In this document: piece by piece, positions 1 through 9,539 of the stretch
Position numbering within the stretch: the first letter of the stretch is position 1
Layout of the letters: every line of letters begins with the position of its first letter
IMG/VR virus record: IMGVR_UViG_3300034019_000517
Location: 2,056 to 66,055 of that record
Strand: one strand, 5' to 3'
Origin: a virus
Taxonomy: Duplodnaviria > Caudoviricetes
DNA: 64,000 bases
Program-made: the position numbers and the translations under genes
Notes under the pieces: model-generated
The model's input: only the letters and a program-made list of their open reading frames with translations
What the model was told of the DNA's origin: nothing
The model's database searches: none

Positions 1-399
1 TTAGATTTAGTTGCTATATCTAAACGCATAACTCCTGATTTTATTGAATATGGTACTGGGTTAGCAATTGCTGTACCTGACGACCATGTTGGATTACTTT
101 TTCCACGTAGTAGTGTTAGTAAACAAGACTTAATACTTGCTAATTGTGTAGGAGTAATTGACTCTAACTATAGAGGTGAGATTTTAATTCGTTTTAAACG
201 AATACCGAATCCCTCTAATGCAATAACCCATCAAGCGTTGCCTTACTTAACATCTAGTGCTGCTCCAAAATCATATGAAATAGGAGAACGTGTAGCGCAA
301 TTAATTATAATGCCTATTCCTTATATTACATTTGAAGAAGTAGAACATTTAGATGCAAGTCAACGTGGTGATCAGGGTTTTGGTTCCACAGGTAAATAA
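1..399 (+). CDS. dut: Trimeric dUTPase, 5'-truncated by window edge
   Basis: Frame +1 translation (missing from ORF track) reads ...GLLFPRSSVS...GVIDSNYRGEI...GERVAQL...RGDQGFGSTGK*, covering dUTPase motifs 2-5; stop TAA at 397-399. Confidence 0.95.
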   Translation, partial: LDLVAISKRITPDFIEYGTGLAIAVPDDHVGLLFPRSSVSKQDLILANCVGVIDSNYRGEILIRFKRIPNPSNAITHQALPYLTSSAAPKSYEIGERVAQLIIMPIPYITFEEVEHLDASQRGDQGFGSTGK

Positions 400-405
400 C
401 TACTT

Positions 406-669
406 ATGTCTTTTTTTAACCGATCGACTAGTCCTAAAACACGTGTTGCTACTAAGTATAGCTCTATTATCAAGTCTTTTCTTAGTATGAAATTAGAGCT
501 TAAGGCTTTAGTTCAAACTATTGATGACGAAAAAGCTAAACTAGAAGAACAAATGAGAATTTTAAAAGAAGAAGAAACAGAATTAAATTCTATTTCTAAT
601 TCTGCAAAGTATAATTTGTCGCAACTACAAGCTTTTTTAGGTCCTGAAGAAAATGAAGTTGTTAACTAA
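406..669 (+). CDS. Hypothetical coiled-coil protein
   Basis: 87-aa ORF directly after dut and followed by a hairpin; heptad-like E/K/L pattern. Confidence 0.7.
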   Translation: MSFFNRSTSPKTRVATKYSSIIKSFLSMKLELKALVQTIDDEKAKLEEQMRILKEEETELNSISNSAKYNLSQLQAFLGPEENEVVN

Positions 670-678
670 TTCATTAAT

Positions 679-706
679 AAGCCGAGGAATAATATTCTCG
701 GCTTTT
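679..706 (+). terminator. Probable intrinsic terminator
   Basis: Inverted repeat AAGCCGAG-N10-CTCGGCTT followed by T residues, just after the stop at 669. Confidence 0.7.
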
Positions 707-716
707 ACTACATTAT

Positions 717-818
717 ATGGATCCTTCAAAATCTCCTTCTAAGCTCCAAGAGCTTTTAAACGCTTTGTCGAAGTTTGAAAAAAACATCGATACATTATTA
801 ACTTTGTTAAAACCATAG
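717..818 (+). CDS. Small hypothetical protein (33 aa, MDPSKSPSKLQELLNALSKFEKNIDTLLTLLKP)
   Basis: ATG..TAG ORF read manually; fills the gap after the terminator and abuts the next ORF. Confidence 0.45.
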   Translation: MDPSKSPSKLQELLNALSKFEKNIDTLLTLLKP

Positions 819-819
819 T

Positions 820-960
820 ATGCAATTTGTTATTATTGTGTTGTTATTAGCTATTTTATTGGTTGTAGCTATTAAACCACAGAAAAAAGAAGAAGAAAAA
901 ACTACAAAATCTTCTAAAAAACCAAAAACTAAAGATAAATCTTTAACTTCTGAAGAATGA
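820..960 (+). CDS. Small single-pass membrane protein (46 aa)
   Basis: Manual translation MQFVIIVLLLAILLVVAIKPQKKEEEKTTKSSKK...; N-terminal hydrophobic helix and Lys-rich tail; its TGA overlaps the next ATG (ATGA). Confidence 0.65.
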   Translation: MQFVIIVLLLAILLVVAIKPQKKEEEKTTKSSKKPKTKDKSLTSEE

Positions 961-1232
961 AAATCATTGCTAAAACAGATACTGGGGTTTTAATAGAAGC
1001 TTCAAATCTAGAAGTGTTAGCTATTTTACAAGCAACACATGGACCAAATATCAAGAGTGAAGATGTTAAAACAGGAGTACAAATTCCTGCTTTGGATTAT
1101 GCCGGCACTCTTGAAAAAATTAAAAAGTTACATAGTACATATGAATGGACTTCATTAATAGAGCGTTTCAGTAACTTAACTAAAAATATTAACGCCCTTG
1201 ATGAAACTTTAAAAGAAGCTAGTAAACTTTAA
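957..1232 (+). CDS. Hypothetical protein
   Basis: 91-aa ORF in a tightly packed operon. Confidence 0.7.
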   Translation: MKIIAKTDTGVLIEASNLEVLAILQATHGPNIKSEDVKTGVQIPALDYAGTLEKIKKLHSTYEWTSLIERFSNLTKNINALDETLKEASKL

Positions 1233-1240
1233 AAATATAT

Positions 1241-1459
1241 ATGAGCAGGTCATACAAAAAATATCCTCACCATGGGGATTACAACCGCTCATATACTAAA
1301 TGGGCGAAGCGCCAGGCTGCTAAATCAGTTAGGCGAAGTGTTTCTTTTGATACTAAAGGTAAACTCTATAGAAAACTATTTTCTTCTTATGATATTAGAG
1401 ATTATATTTTTGTAGATTTTACTTCACAATCTCGTTGGCTTCATTTTAAACGTAAATAA
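1241..1459 (+). CDS. Small highly basic hypothetical protein
   Basis: 72 aa, K/R/Y-rich (MSRSYKK...KRQAAKSVRR...YRKLFSSYDIRDY). Confidence 0.7.
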   Translation: MSRSYKKYPHHGDYNRSYTKWAKRQAAKSVRRSVSFDTKGKLYRKLFSSYDIRDYIFVDFTSQSRWLHFKRK

Positions 1460-1467
1460 TAAGTACA

Positions 1468-1662
1468 ATGGAACAAATTCAATTTACTGAATCTCAAATT
1501 CAAGTAGTTAGAGATTTAGAACACGCTGCAGAAGAACGTGGGATATGGAAAGGCATAGGACTAACAATTATATTGTTTTTAGCCATATTAATTGCGTTTT
1601 GGTTAGTTGCTCATTTAGCACAATACATTAATTCTGAACAACCTTTTATCCAATTAAGGTGA
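1468..1662 (+). CDS. Small membrane protein
   Basis: One hydrophobic helix GIGLTIILFLAILIAFWLVA; GTGA overlap with polA. Confidence 0.7.
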   Translation: MEQIQFTESQIQVVRDLEHAAEERGIWKGIGLTIILFLAILIAFWLVAHLAQYINSEQPFIQLR

Positions 1663-3560
1663 TTTATTTTGTTGGTCCTGAACCACTTATAAAAAGTGAG
1701 TTATATCAATTAGCCAGTCTCCAAGACGTTATAACTTATTGTGAAGGACGTAAACTATTAGGGTTCGATACTGAAACTACTGGGTTATGTCCTCACAGTA
1801 ATGTTGTAACGATGATTCAAATAGGAGATGAAGAAAATCAATTTGTAATTGATGTTAGAACTATTGATATTACCCCCTTATTCCCTATTCTTACTACTCA
1901 ATCTCTTATTGGGACAAATATTAAGTTTGACTATAAGATGATGAAAGGTACTTTTGGTATTGAACTGTCTGATTCTGTATTAGATGTACAACTTATTGAA
2001 AAAGTTCTACAAACTGGTAAAGATGATTTAGAATTTCGTTTAATCAATCTAGTACAAAAATATTGTCCGGATTACCCTATTGAAAAAGATACTACATTAT
2101 CTTTTACTACAATGGATCCTGGGGCACCTTTTAACGAGGATCAAATAGTTTATGGAGCACGTGATGTTCAATATCCTATGATGATCTATAAACTGCAGTT
2201 ACCTCAAATTGAAGATTGGCAACTACAAAACGTTGTATGGCTTGAATGCTTAGTTAGTTTAGCCTTTGGTGATATAGAGTTCAATGGATTGAATTTAGAT
2301 GTCCCTAAATGGCTAGAATTAGCTAAAGAGGCACAGTCAAATGCAGATAAATTATCAGTGCCTATGGATGCATTCATTTTGAATGATCCTAAAATGTCCA
2401 AGTTTGTTAAAAAAGAAATACAAATGGATATGTTTACTCCTTTTGAAGATCTACGTAAAGTAGAAAGCAAATGGAGTTCTCCAACGCAAGTATTAGAAAT
2501 ATTTAAAGTCTACATACCTGAGTTACAAAGTGTTAATGCTAAAACAGATTTAAGCATACACACAAATCATCCTATAATCGGTTCACTGATAAAGGATTAC
2601 ATTAAGTACAAAGAAGAACTTAAAAAAGCTACATCATATGGGACGGCTTTTCTAAAATATATTAATCCTGTTACAAAAAGGATACATACGCGTTTTAATC
2701 AGATTTTGAATACTGGTAGAGTTGCATCTCTAGACCCTAATATGCAACAAATACCAGCAGATAATCGATACCGAAATTGTTTTATTGCACATAAACCTGG
2801 ATGGGTATTTGTCAGTTCTGACTTTATGTCCCAAGAATTGTGCGTTATTGCATATGGGTCACAGGATCCTGTATGGAAAAAGTGTTTAGCTACCGGTGAA
2901 GATTTACATTCTGTTTGTGCAGATTTACTATTTAAAGAACGTTGGAGTTCTGCAGCGCAAAAAGATTGTGACTATGTAAAAAGTAAACAAAAATGTAATT
3001 GTAAAGAACATAAAAAGTTAAGACAATCTGTTAAAGCTTTGAACTTTGGTTTAGCTTATGGAATGTCTGCACATAAACTAGCAGATACTTTACAGATTCC
3101 TTTGTCTGAAGCTGAAGAATTAATTAATTCGTATTTTAAAGCATTTCCTGCTATAAAAGTATTTTTAGATTCTTTAGGTAGTTATGCTACAACATATGGA
3201 CATATCCGTACGTTTCGTCCTTTTAGACGAGTACGTCATTTTTCTAAATGGAGCAAAGATATGGACTTTAAAACTCGTGGTGAAATTGAGCGTGCTGGAA
3301 AAAACACGCCAATACAAGGTAGTTCTGGAGATATGGTAAAGCTAGCGTTAATTAAAATACGTGAAACTATACGTAAGGAAAGGCTCCCGGTACGATTAGT
3401 TATGACTGTACATGATCAAATTGATACAGAATGCGAAGAAAGTTACGCAAAAGAATGGGCCATTAGACTTACTAGTTTAATGGAACAAGCTGCAGATATT
3501 ATTTTATTAGATAGATCACTTAAATCTGAAACTACAATAACAACTGTATGGAGCAAGTAA
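1659..3560 (+). CDS. polA: Family A DNA polymerase with 3'-5' exonuclease domain
   Basis: ExoI FDTETTG, ExoII NIKFD, ExoIII YGARDV; TGRVASLDPNMQQIP; motif A SSDFMSQEL; motif B RQSVKALNFGLAYG; NTPIQGS; motif C VHDQI. Confidence 0.96.
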   Translation: MIYFVGPEPLIKSELYQLASLQDVITYCEGRKLLGFDTETTGLCPHSNVVTMIQIGDEENQFVIDVRTIDITPLFPILTTQSLIGTNIKFDYKMMKGTFGIELSDSVLDVQLIEKVLQTGKDDLEFRLINLVQKYCPDYPIEKDTTLSFTTMDPGAPFNEDQIVYGARDVQYPMMIYKLQLPQIEDWQLQNVVWLECLVSLAFGDIEFNGLNLDVPKWLELAKEAQSNADKLSVPMDAFILNDPKMSKFVKKEIQMDMFTPFEDLRKVESKWSSPTQVLEIFKVYIPELQSVNAKTDLSIHTNHPIIGSLIKDYIKYKEELKKATSYGTAFLKYINPVTKRIHTRFNQILNTGRVASLDPNMQQIPADNRYRNCFIAHKPGWVFVSSDFMSQELCVIAYGSQDPVWKKCLATGEDLHSVCADLLFKERWSSAAQKDCDYVKSKQKCNCKEHKKLRQSVKALNFGLAYGMSAHKLADTLQIPLSEAEELINSYFKAFPAIKVFLDSLGSYATTYGHIRTFRPFRRVRHFSKWSKDMDFKTRGEIERAGKNTPIQGSSGDMVKLALIKIRETIRKERLPVRLVMTVHDQIDTECEESYAKEWAIRLTSLMEQAADIILLDRSLKSETTITTVWSK

Positions 3561-4675
3561 AAGATAAAATTCAGCGATACGGATTAAACTGTTGGTGGGC
3601 TAATGCAGGTATTGGGACACTTGAATGGGCCACAGGAGTTGGAAAAACCAGAGCCGGAGTTTTAGCAGTTGCCCACGTAGTTAATGTAATTAAAGATGCC
3701 AAAGTGTTAATATTAGCACCAACTCGAGATATAAGAGATCGTGTGTGGCAGCGAGAGTTTAAAAAGTGGGGGTACGAAAGTATTTATGCCACTAATGTGC
3801 AAGTAGAGTGTATACAGACTGCCTATAAGCTATCTGGTATGAAATATGACCTGGTTATAGTCGACGAATTGCATAATGCATTGTCTTCTGAATACATTAA
3901 ATTTTTCTACAATAACAGCTACACCTACCTCTTAGGGTTGTCGGCTACTATTTCAATTCAAAAAAAAGAAATGCAACAAAGTCTATGTCCTACAGTTCAT
4001 AAAATTACTGTAGAACAAGCTTTAGAGTACAATTTAGTATCTTCATTTTGCGTTATTAATCTATCCGTTTCATTGTCAAAAGAAGAACGACGTTTAGTCA
4101 ATTCTTATACAAAAACTATAGATGAATTACAAGAAAAAGGAGTAACTGCATTTGGATTAATTTCTAAACGTAGTACTATTTTACACAATGCTATTCAAAA
4201 ACGACTTATAGTTAAAGACATTGCTGATTTATTTCCTAATGATTATGGATTAGTATTCGCTTCTTTTCAAAAAGAAGTAGAACTATTATCAGATTTGTTG
4301 GGTGAACGAAGTCTGTATTACCATGGGGGTATGTCAGAAAAACAGCTTAATTTAACTATGAAGAGTTTTGAAAATCCTGACTCACCGGTGAATATCTTAG
4401 TTTCTGCTAAAAAGCTAAATGAAGGAGCCGATTTATCTAATGTGTCCTTTGCTATTGTATTATCCGGAACTTCTTCCGGGTTAGTTCAAACACAACGTTT
4501 AGGACGTATTATACGTAGAAGTAAAGATAAATTTGCTGTATTTATAAGAGTGTATGTTAAAGATACTAAAGACGAAGCCTGGTTAAGGCAATCACAGTAT
4601 GATTCTAATTCTACATTGATTAAAAATGTTGATTCAATAGAAGAATTAAAAGAAGTACTTGAAAGCTTTAAATAA
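3548..4675 (+). CDS. Superfamily 2 (DExH) helicase
   Basis: Walker A ATGVGKT, motif Ia LAPT, Walker B IVDELH, motif III LSAT, motif V LNEGAD, motif VI QRLGRIIR. Confidence 0.92.
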   Translation: MEQVKDKIQRYGLNCWWANAGIGTLEWATGVGKTRAGVLAVAHVVNVIKDAKVLILAPTRDIRDRVWQREFKKWGYESIYATNVQVECIQTAYKLSGMKYDLVIVDELHNALSSEYIKFFYNNSYTYLLGLSATISIQKKEMQQSLCPTVHKITVEQALEYNLVSSFCVINLSVSLSKEERRLVNSYTKTIDELQEKGVTAFGLISKRSTILHNAIQKRLIVKDIADLFPNDYGLVFASFQKEVELLSDLLGERSLYYHGGMSEKQLNLTMKSFENPDSPVNILVSAKKLNEGADLSNVSFAIVLSGTSSGLVQTQRLGRIIRRSKDKFAVFIRVYVKDTKDEAWLRQSQYDSNSTLIKNVDSIEELKEVLESFK

Positions 4676-4707
4676 CATTATTTTTTACTAAGACTTAAAA
4701 TCAATTT

Positions 4708-5061
4708 ATGTCTAGCACTGCAATGAAAGCCGCTCCTCTTGCTATAGGAGCTACTGTTAAATTTGTATCCCGAAGTTTAATGGAATCGCTAAAATTCACA
4801 AAGATTGCTGCTGTACTTCCTGCTGTGCATGTGTCTGATAAAAGAGGCAAGCAAGTAAGATATATTATAGAGCATCTTCATGGATGGGTACCTAGTAATC
4901 AGCCTGAATTAAGGGCTAATTTTCCTGAAGTATTTGAATCGTTGAAGCCTGAACGATACCCACCAAAATATTACGCATTTGCATATGCAGATGAACTGAC
5001 GTTGTTAAGTGAAGAAGAATTTAAAGCCTTGAAAAATGTTCAAGGGACCAAGAAACACTAG
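4708..5061 (+). CDS. Hypothetical protein
   Basis: 117-aa ORF in operon context. Confidence 0.65.
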   Translation: MSSTAMKAAPLAIGATVKFVSRSLMESLKFTKIAAVLPAVHVSDKRGKQVRYIIEHLHGWVPSNQPELRANFPEVFESLKPERYPPKYYAFAYADELTLLSEEEFKALKNVQGTKKH

Positions 5062-5218
5062 ATTTCCTATTAGAGCATGTGAAGTTTGTGTATTACTAAA
5101 AAATGTTTGGGATGAAGAGACGCAGTCTTTAATTCCTTGCCCTAATTGTAAAGGAAAAGGAACAGTAAGTAATCGAAACATTACACAAGTAAAACTACGT
5201 AAAAAACCATCATGTTAG
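5036..5218 (+). CDS. Small zinc-finger protein
   Basis: CEVC...CPNCKGKG, a DnaJ-type CxxCxGxG repeat. Confidence 0.65.
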   Translation: MFKGPRNTRFPIRACEVCVLLKNVWDEETQSLIPCPNCKGKGTVSNRNITQVKLRKKPSC

Positions 5219-5757
5219 TTGAAATCGATGTACTGCGGCTTATTGAACTGGGAATAACTGCAGATCAATATATATGGTTAAAATTAATACATTCGAACCA
5301 GAAAAATACCGCTGATAAATTTGCAGCTATGTTAGCTGAAAAACCTTCTTTAGCAAAGTACTTAGTAAGTTCTAATCCTATAACTGTTAATAAAGCTGAA
5401 ATAGCTAAATTATTTCAATTATCGGAAACTTACTTTTGGGAATTTTATAGTACATATCCAATTAAAGTACCTAACGGAAAAGGAGGATCACGTGTGTTAA
5501 GAACAGAGCGTTCTGAAACAAAATTAGCTGAAGATATGAAGGTTAAATATGAGAGAATTATTAAAACGTTAGAAGCTCATAAATATGTCATGCGTTGTTT
5601 GCATGCAGATTTAGATGCCAGAAAACGTTCAAATACTCTCCAGTATTTACCGGCCATCGAGGCTTACATAAATGGACGGGATTGGGAAAAAGCTGAAACA
5701 TTATTAGATTCTGCAAATGCTGTAAGACCGTTGTCTTATGGTCAAGACTTAATATAG
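5212..5757 (+). CDS. Putative replication initiator or helicase-loader-like protein
   Basis: FWEFYSTYPIKV...YLPAIEAYINGRDWE pattern typical of phage replication-protein C-termini; directly upstream of DnaB with a 1-nt overlap. Confidence 0.55.
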   Translation: MLVEIDVLRLIELGITADQYIWLKLIHSNQKNTADKFAAMLAEKPSLAKYLVSSNPITVNKAEIAKLFQLSETYFWEFYSTYPIKVPNGKGGSRVLRTERSETKLAEDMKVKYERIIKTLEAHKYVMRCLHADLDARKRSNTLQYLPAIEAYINGRDWEKAETLLDSANAVRPLSYGQDLI

Positions 5758-6758
5758 TGAAAGAGTATATTCCTAAACCCCTGTCTATTATACCTATTAC
5801 TAAAAGTGTTGAAGATGAACTTGAATATATTGAGCATAGAAAGCTTGGTAAAATTCGTTCACTTAAAACCCCCTGGAGCAAATACAATTATGTTTCCATG
5901 GGCGGTATTGAGTGGTTTACTATTCACACTATCGGAGGTATGTCAGGTTCAGGTAAAACAGCCATTCTTAATCAGTTAGAAACTAAACTTTTTGAGTTAA
6001 ATCCAACTGATGAGTTTGATGTTTTATCCTTTACTTTTGAAATGCTATCCAGAAACTTAATAGGTAGAAAGATTTCAAGTAATTTATCTGTTTCTGTACA
6101 AACGCTACACAGCGGTAGAGAAAATGAAAAACTGGATGAAACTACATTTGAGCAGGCAAAAGCGTATTCTGAACATTTAAAAACTTTACCTATCTACTAT
6201 GTAGAAAATGCAGGTACGGTAGACCAAATTATGGATACAATTTTCGCGTTCGCTAAACAGCAGCAAATGAAAACAGGAGGTAAATATAAGCGTAGTTTAT
6301 TAATTACGTTAGACCATACCACACTAGTTCATGGCAAATCTGGAGAGCTTGAACGTACCATCCTCGTAGAGTTACTTACACGCATAAATAATGCAAAAAA
6401 GTGGTTCTATGCAAATCATCATCAAATAGCGTTTGTCTTACTTACACAAATGAATCGAGAGATTGAAAGTTCTGATAGAATTACAGAACCAACCTTGCAT
6501 TTTCCACAAAAAAGAGATATCTTTGGAGGAGATGCTTGTTATCAATTCTCAGACGTGGTTATGATAGCCATGAATCCATTTGAACGAGGTATTACAGCTT
6601 ATGGTGTAAAAGGTTGGCCAACCCAAGGGTACATTTACTTTCATTTTTTGAAAGTGCGAGAAGGTCAACCGTTGATAGCTCAAATGCTTAACCAGCTTCA
6701 ATTTAATCGAATTGTTGATGCTACAAATTCAGAAAAATCTGTAGCCCTGACATTATAA
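5757..6758 (+). CDS. dnaB: DnaB-like (SF4) replicative helicase
   Basis: GGMSGSGKT Walker A, FTFEM, LDH, LLTQMNREIE, FSDVV, LKVREG; GTG start. Confidence 0.9.
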   Translation: MKEYIPKPLSIIPITKSVEDELEYIEHRKLGKIRSLKTPWSKYNYVSMGGIEWFTIHTIGGMSGSGKTAILNQLETKLFELNPTDEFDVLSFTFEMLSRNLIGRKISSNLSVSVQTLHSGRENEKLDETTFEQAKAYSEHLKTLPIYYVENAGTVDQIMDTIFAFAKQQQMKTGGKYKRSLLITLDHTTLVHGKSGELERTILVELLTRINNAKKWFYANHHQIAFVLLTQMNREIESSDRITEPTLHFPQKRDIFGGDACYQFSDVVMIAMNPFERGITAYGVKGWPTQGYIYFHFLKVREGQPLIAQMLNQLQFNRIVDATNSEKSVALTL

Positions 6759-6791
6759 CCATTATTTTTTTAATCTTTGATGCCTTAGATT

Positions 6792-7472
6792 TTGGCTGAT
6801 ATTGTATTAGTTCTAGGAGAATCTGGAAGTGGTAAATCTACTTCATTACAGAATCTTGACCCAGAAACTACGTTTATTATTAACGTAACTGGAAAAGCAT
6901 TACCTTTTAAAGGCTTTAAAGCTAAGTATTCGCAAGACAAAAATAACTATTATGTCGCGAATGACTATGCTGCAATTAATAAAGCCTTATTAACTCTAAA
7001 TGAAGAAAGGTTTAATCATATCAAAACTATCGTTGTTGATGATTTTCAATATGTTATGAGTTTTGAATATATGAATCGAGCTAAAGAAACCGGGTTTGGT
7101 AAATTTACAGAAATGGGCCAACACGTTTTTAGTATTATCCAGCTTTCTTCAAAACTACGGGAAGGACTTACCGTATTCTTTTTAAGTCACTCATCTACTG
7201 ATAGAGATGAATTTGGTAATCGTTATACTAAAATGAAAACCATTGGAAAACTATTAGATGAGAAAATTACCCTCGAGGGATTGTTTACTGTTGTTTTAGT
7301 AGCTCAAATAGATCCTACAAACAAAGATCAATCTCTTAAACATTACTTTTTAACACAAAATGACGGTACATCAACAGCAAAATCCCCTATGGGAATGTTT
7401 GATAGTTTAAAAATACCTAACGACCTTAATTTTGTGTTAAACACTCTTACAGCCTATAATCTAGGCGAATAA
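6792..7472 (+). CDS. P-loop ATPase, Sak4/AAA_24-like
   Basis: GESGSGKST Walker A, VVDD Walker B, LEGLFTVVL, STAKSPMGMF; TTG start. Confidence 0.85.
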   Translation: MADIVLVLGESGSGKSTSLQNLDPETTFIINVTGKALPFKGFKAKYSQDKNNYYVANDYAAINKALLTLNEERFNHIKTIVVDDFQYVMSFEYMNRAKETGFGKFTEMGQHVFSIIQLSSKLREGLTVFFLSHSSTDRDEFGNRYTKMKTIGKLLDEKITLEGLFTVVLVAQIDPTNKDQSLKHYFLTQNDGTSTAKSPMGMFDSLKIPNDLNFVLNTLTAYNLGE

Positions 7473-7479
7473 ACATTCT

Positions 7480-7920
7480 ATGTTTAATTTATCTTTTATT
7501 GGTAAAAAACAACTTCGTCGTGACGCGACAGAACGTTCAATCATTATCAATCCTATTACCAATCGAATTAGGTTTTCTTCTGATTTGACTGCATCTTATC
7601 CATTGGCTACCACTGGGTTTACTATTGGTTATAACACCGATCAGGTTGGTGCAGTTATTGGTGCAGTTTTGTATCCTCTTGCTACTCAAGATGCAAGCAA
7701 TTTAACTACCAATGAAGCAGGAGACCTTCAGTCTAAATTCCACGTTCAACAATTGTGCAAAGCTTTTAATAAAGCGTTGACTGGAACATTTACATTATAT
7801 GTTGACCCTAACGTAACTCAAGTTGGTGCAGCCCGAGTTTACGTTCTGAGTGTTAACCAATTTGAAGAGGCAGAAGAATTAGTTACTCCTCTTTCAGATG
7901 ACACAGAAACTCAGTCATAA
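7480..7920 (+). CDS. Hypothetical protein
   Basis: 146-aa ORF between the ATPase and the SSB-like gene. Confidence 0.7.
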   Translation: MFNLSFIGKKQLRRDATERSIIINPITNRIRFSSDLTASYPLATTGFTIGYNTDQVGAVIGAVLYPLATQDASNLTTNEAGDLQSKFHVQQLCKAFNKALTGTFTLYVDPNVTQVGAARVYVLSVNQFEEAEELVTPLSDDTETQS

Positions 7921-7922
7921 TT

Positions 7923-8525
7923 ATGAGTATGTTAAATCTCAATGGAGTTAATAACTCCGAAGGTTCAGAATTTAAAGTTATCAATGGTGGTAACCCTGGA
8001 TTTTGTGAACCTATGACATTAAAATCTGTTGAAACTGGAACAAATGATGCTGGAAGCACATTTATTCTATTTTCTTTTGTAGATTCTACCGGAGCTGAAT
8101 TGAAAGCCTATGAATGGGCCGTTGATATGAATAGAGAGAATGCTCAAAATCAAGTAGATTCTCAAATGAAACGATTGAAGCATATTGTTACTAAATTAGT
8201 TCCTGAGGGTATTGTATTACCCTCGGCTGGTTCATTTAGTGAATTGTATTCAGCACTAGTAAACTTAATTAACTCTAGTTCTATGAAAGGAACACAGCTT
8301 AGAGGTAAACTAGTGTACAACAATAAAGGCTTTTTATCATTTCCTAAATATGTACCTTTTCTTGAACCTGCAAGTGTTGCAATTGCTGACACTCGTCTAT
8401 CTATTCGTTCTGAAGCAGATGGAGGTATTGATAAAATGGTTAAACCAGTAGCAGATATGTCTTCTGCGGCTGGAATTCCTTCTGTGTTAATGGGAGGAAG
8501 TGCTGAAGATTTAAAACCTTTTTAA
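7923..8525 (+). CDS. Putative single-stranded DNA-binding protein
   Basis: Beta-rich core, aromatic FPKYVPF segment, flexible tail ending EDLKPF (SSB-like C-terminal PF); follows a Sak4-like ATPase. Confidence 0.65.
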   Translation: MSMLNLNGVNNSEGSEFKVINGGNPGFCEPMTLKSVETGTNDAGSTFILFSFVDSTGAELKAYEWAVDMNRENAQNQVDSQMKRLKHIVTKLVPEGIVLPSAGSFSELYSALVNLINSSSMKGTQLRGKLVYNNKGFLSFPKYVPFLEPASVAIADTRLSIRSEADGGIDKMVKPVADMSSAAGIPSVLMGGSAEDLKPF

Positions 8526-8529
8526 CGTT

Positions 8530-8560
8530 AAAAGGGGGTTAATAGCCCCCTTTTATTTTT
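8530..8560 (+). terminator. Intrinsic terminator
   Basis: AAAAGGGGGTT-AAT-AGCCCCCTTTT hairpin followed by T-rich tract. Confidence 0.85.
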
Positions 8561-8598
8561 AATCTTCGTAAACACTTTAAACAAACAACTTATACAAA

Positions 8599-8895
8599 AT
8601 GAAAGGGTATAAAGTATGGTTAGGTGAAAACTCTACTGAAGAGCAGTTTAGAGAAATTATCAAATTATTTGAACAGTTAGGGTATGATGTTCAAACATCA
8701 AAAGGATGGAATGAACATAGATTAAGTACTGAAAAGCTACCCCATAATGATTGTATTTATGCTAATACAAACGGTCTTGTAGAGATTCATTATCATAAAG
8801 AATCGTTTAATCGTAAAGACTTGAAATTAATAACTGTGGAACAATTACGTACTATGTGTAACAATATAAATCTTTTAAAAATATGTCTAAACTAA
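8599..8895 (+). CDS. Hypothetical protein
   Basis: 98-aa ORF after an A-rich leader. Confidence 0.65.
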   Translation: MKGYKVWLGENSTEEQFREIIKLFEQLGYDVQTSKGWNEHRLSTEKLPHNDCIYANTNGLVEIHYHKESFNRKDLKLITVEQLRTMCNNINLLKICLN

Positions 8896-9047
8896 ATAAT
8901 AAGAGCATATGGGCTCTTGAAAAAAGAGGAATCACTATTGGCGCTATCGTGAAGTGTGCGTGTGAGGCCCGTCATAGAATTGAAATAAAATCATACGATG
9001 ATTTTGAAAAATTAACGTCTGATTCTATTACAGAGGTCGAACAATAA
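8883..9047 (+). CDS. Small hypothetical protein (54 aa)
   Basis: Manual translation MSKLNNKSIWALEKRGITIGAIVKCACEARHRIEIKSYDD...; fills the gap between annotated ORFs. Confidence 0.55.
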   Translation: MSKLNNKSIWALEKRGITIGAIVKCACEARHRIEIKSYDDFEKLTSDSITEVEQ

Positions 9048-9058
9048 ATAAAAACAAT

Positions 9059-9343
9059 ATGATACAACAATTTAGAAAGAAGCCAGTCGTAATTGAAGCA
9101 GTTCAATGGAACTCAAAATCAAAAAATTTTGATGAAGTGATGAACTTTATGCAAAATTTTTATGGTAATAAGTTGAATTATGAAAATGCCGAAGAACTTG
9201 CTTACCAAACAAAACAACTTCAAATACAAACATTAGAAGGGATTATGGTAGCATCTGACGGAGATTGGATTATTAAAGGCGTTAACGGGGAGTTTTACCC
9301 GTGCAAACCTGACATCTTTGAAAAAACATACGAGAAGGTTTAA
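9059..9343 (+). CDS. PGDYG-like phage protein
   Basis: FRKKPVVIEAVQW...TLEGIMVASDGDWIIKGVNGEFYPCKPDIFEKTY, a widespread conserved phage family. Confidence 0.85.
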   Translation: MIQQFRKKPVVIEAVQWNSKSKNFDEVMNFMQNFYGNKLNYENAEELAYQTKQLQIQTLEGIMVASDGDWIIKGVNGEFYPCKPDIFEKTYEKV

Positions 9344-9539
9344 CCTATCAACAGTATTTACTGTTGATTTGAACGGTGTACGTTATTGGTTAGATCCTAC
9401 TTTGCCTATAGAAGATAAATTTCCCCAGATTGTTATGGAAAGATTAACAACTGGGGATTTTTGTTTATGGCAAATTGACACATTGAATGATATTGATCGT
9501 GACAATCAATATGTTATTGTTAAACAAAAAACATTATGA
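9318..9539 (+). CDS. Hypothetical protein (start uncertain)
   Basis: Fills the gap; ATGA overlap with the next gene. Confidence 0.5.
   Translation: MKKHTRRFNLSTVFTVDLNGVRYWLDPTLPIEDKFPQIVMERLTTGDFCLWQIDTLNDIDRDNQYVIVKQKTL

Noticed and set aside
6780-6794. In-frame ATG-CCT-TAG four codons upstream of the TTG start of the Sak4-like ATPase, suggesting amber read-through or a mini uORF
   Set aside because: Single instance, no other sign of TAG read-through, and the TTG start already gives a complete P-loop N-terminus.
8556-8600. Possible promoters in AT-rich intergenic gaps
   Set aside because: No convincing Bacteroidota TAnnTTTG element or repeated phage promoter motif could be identified by eye.
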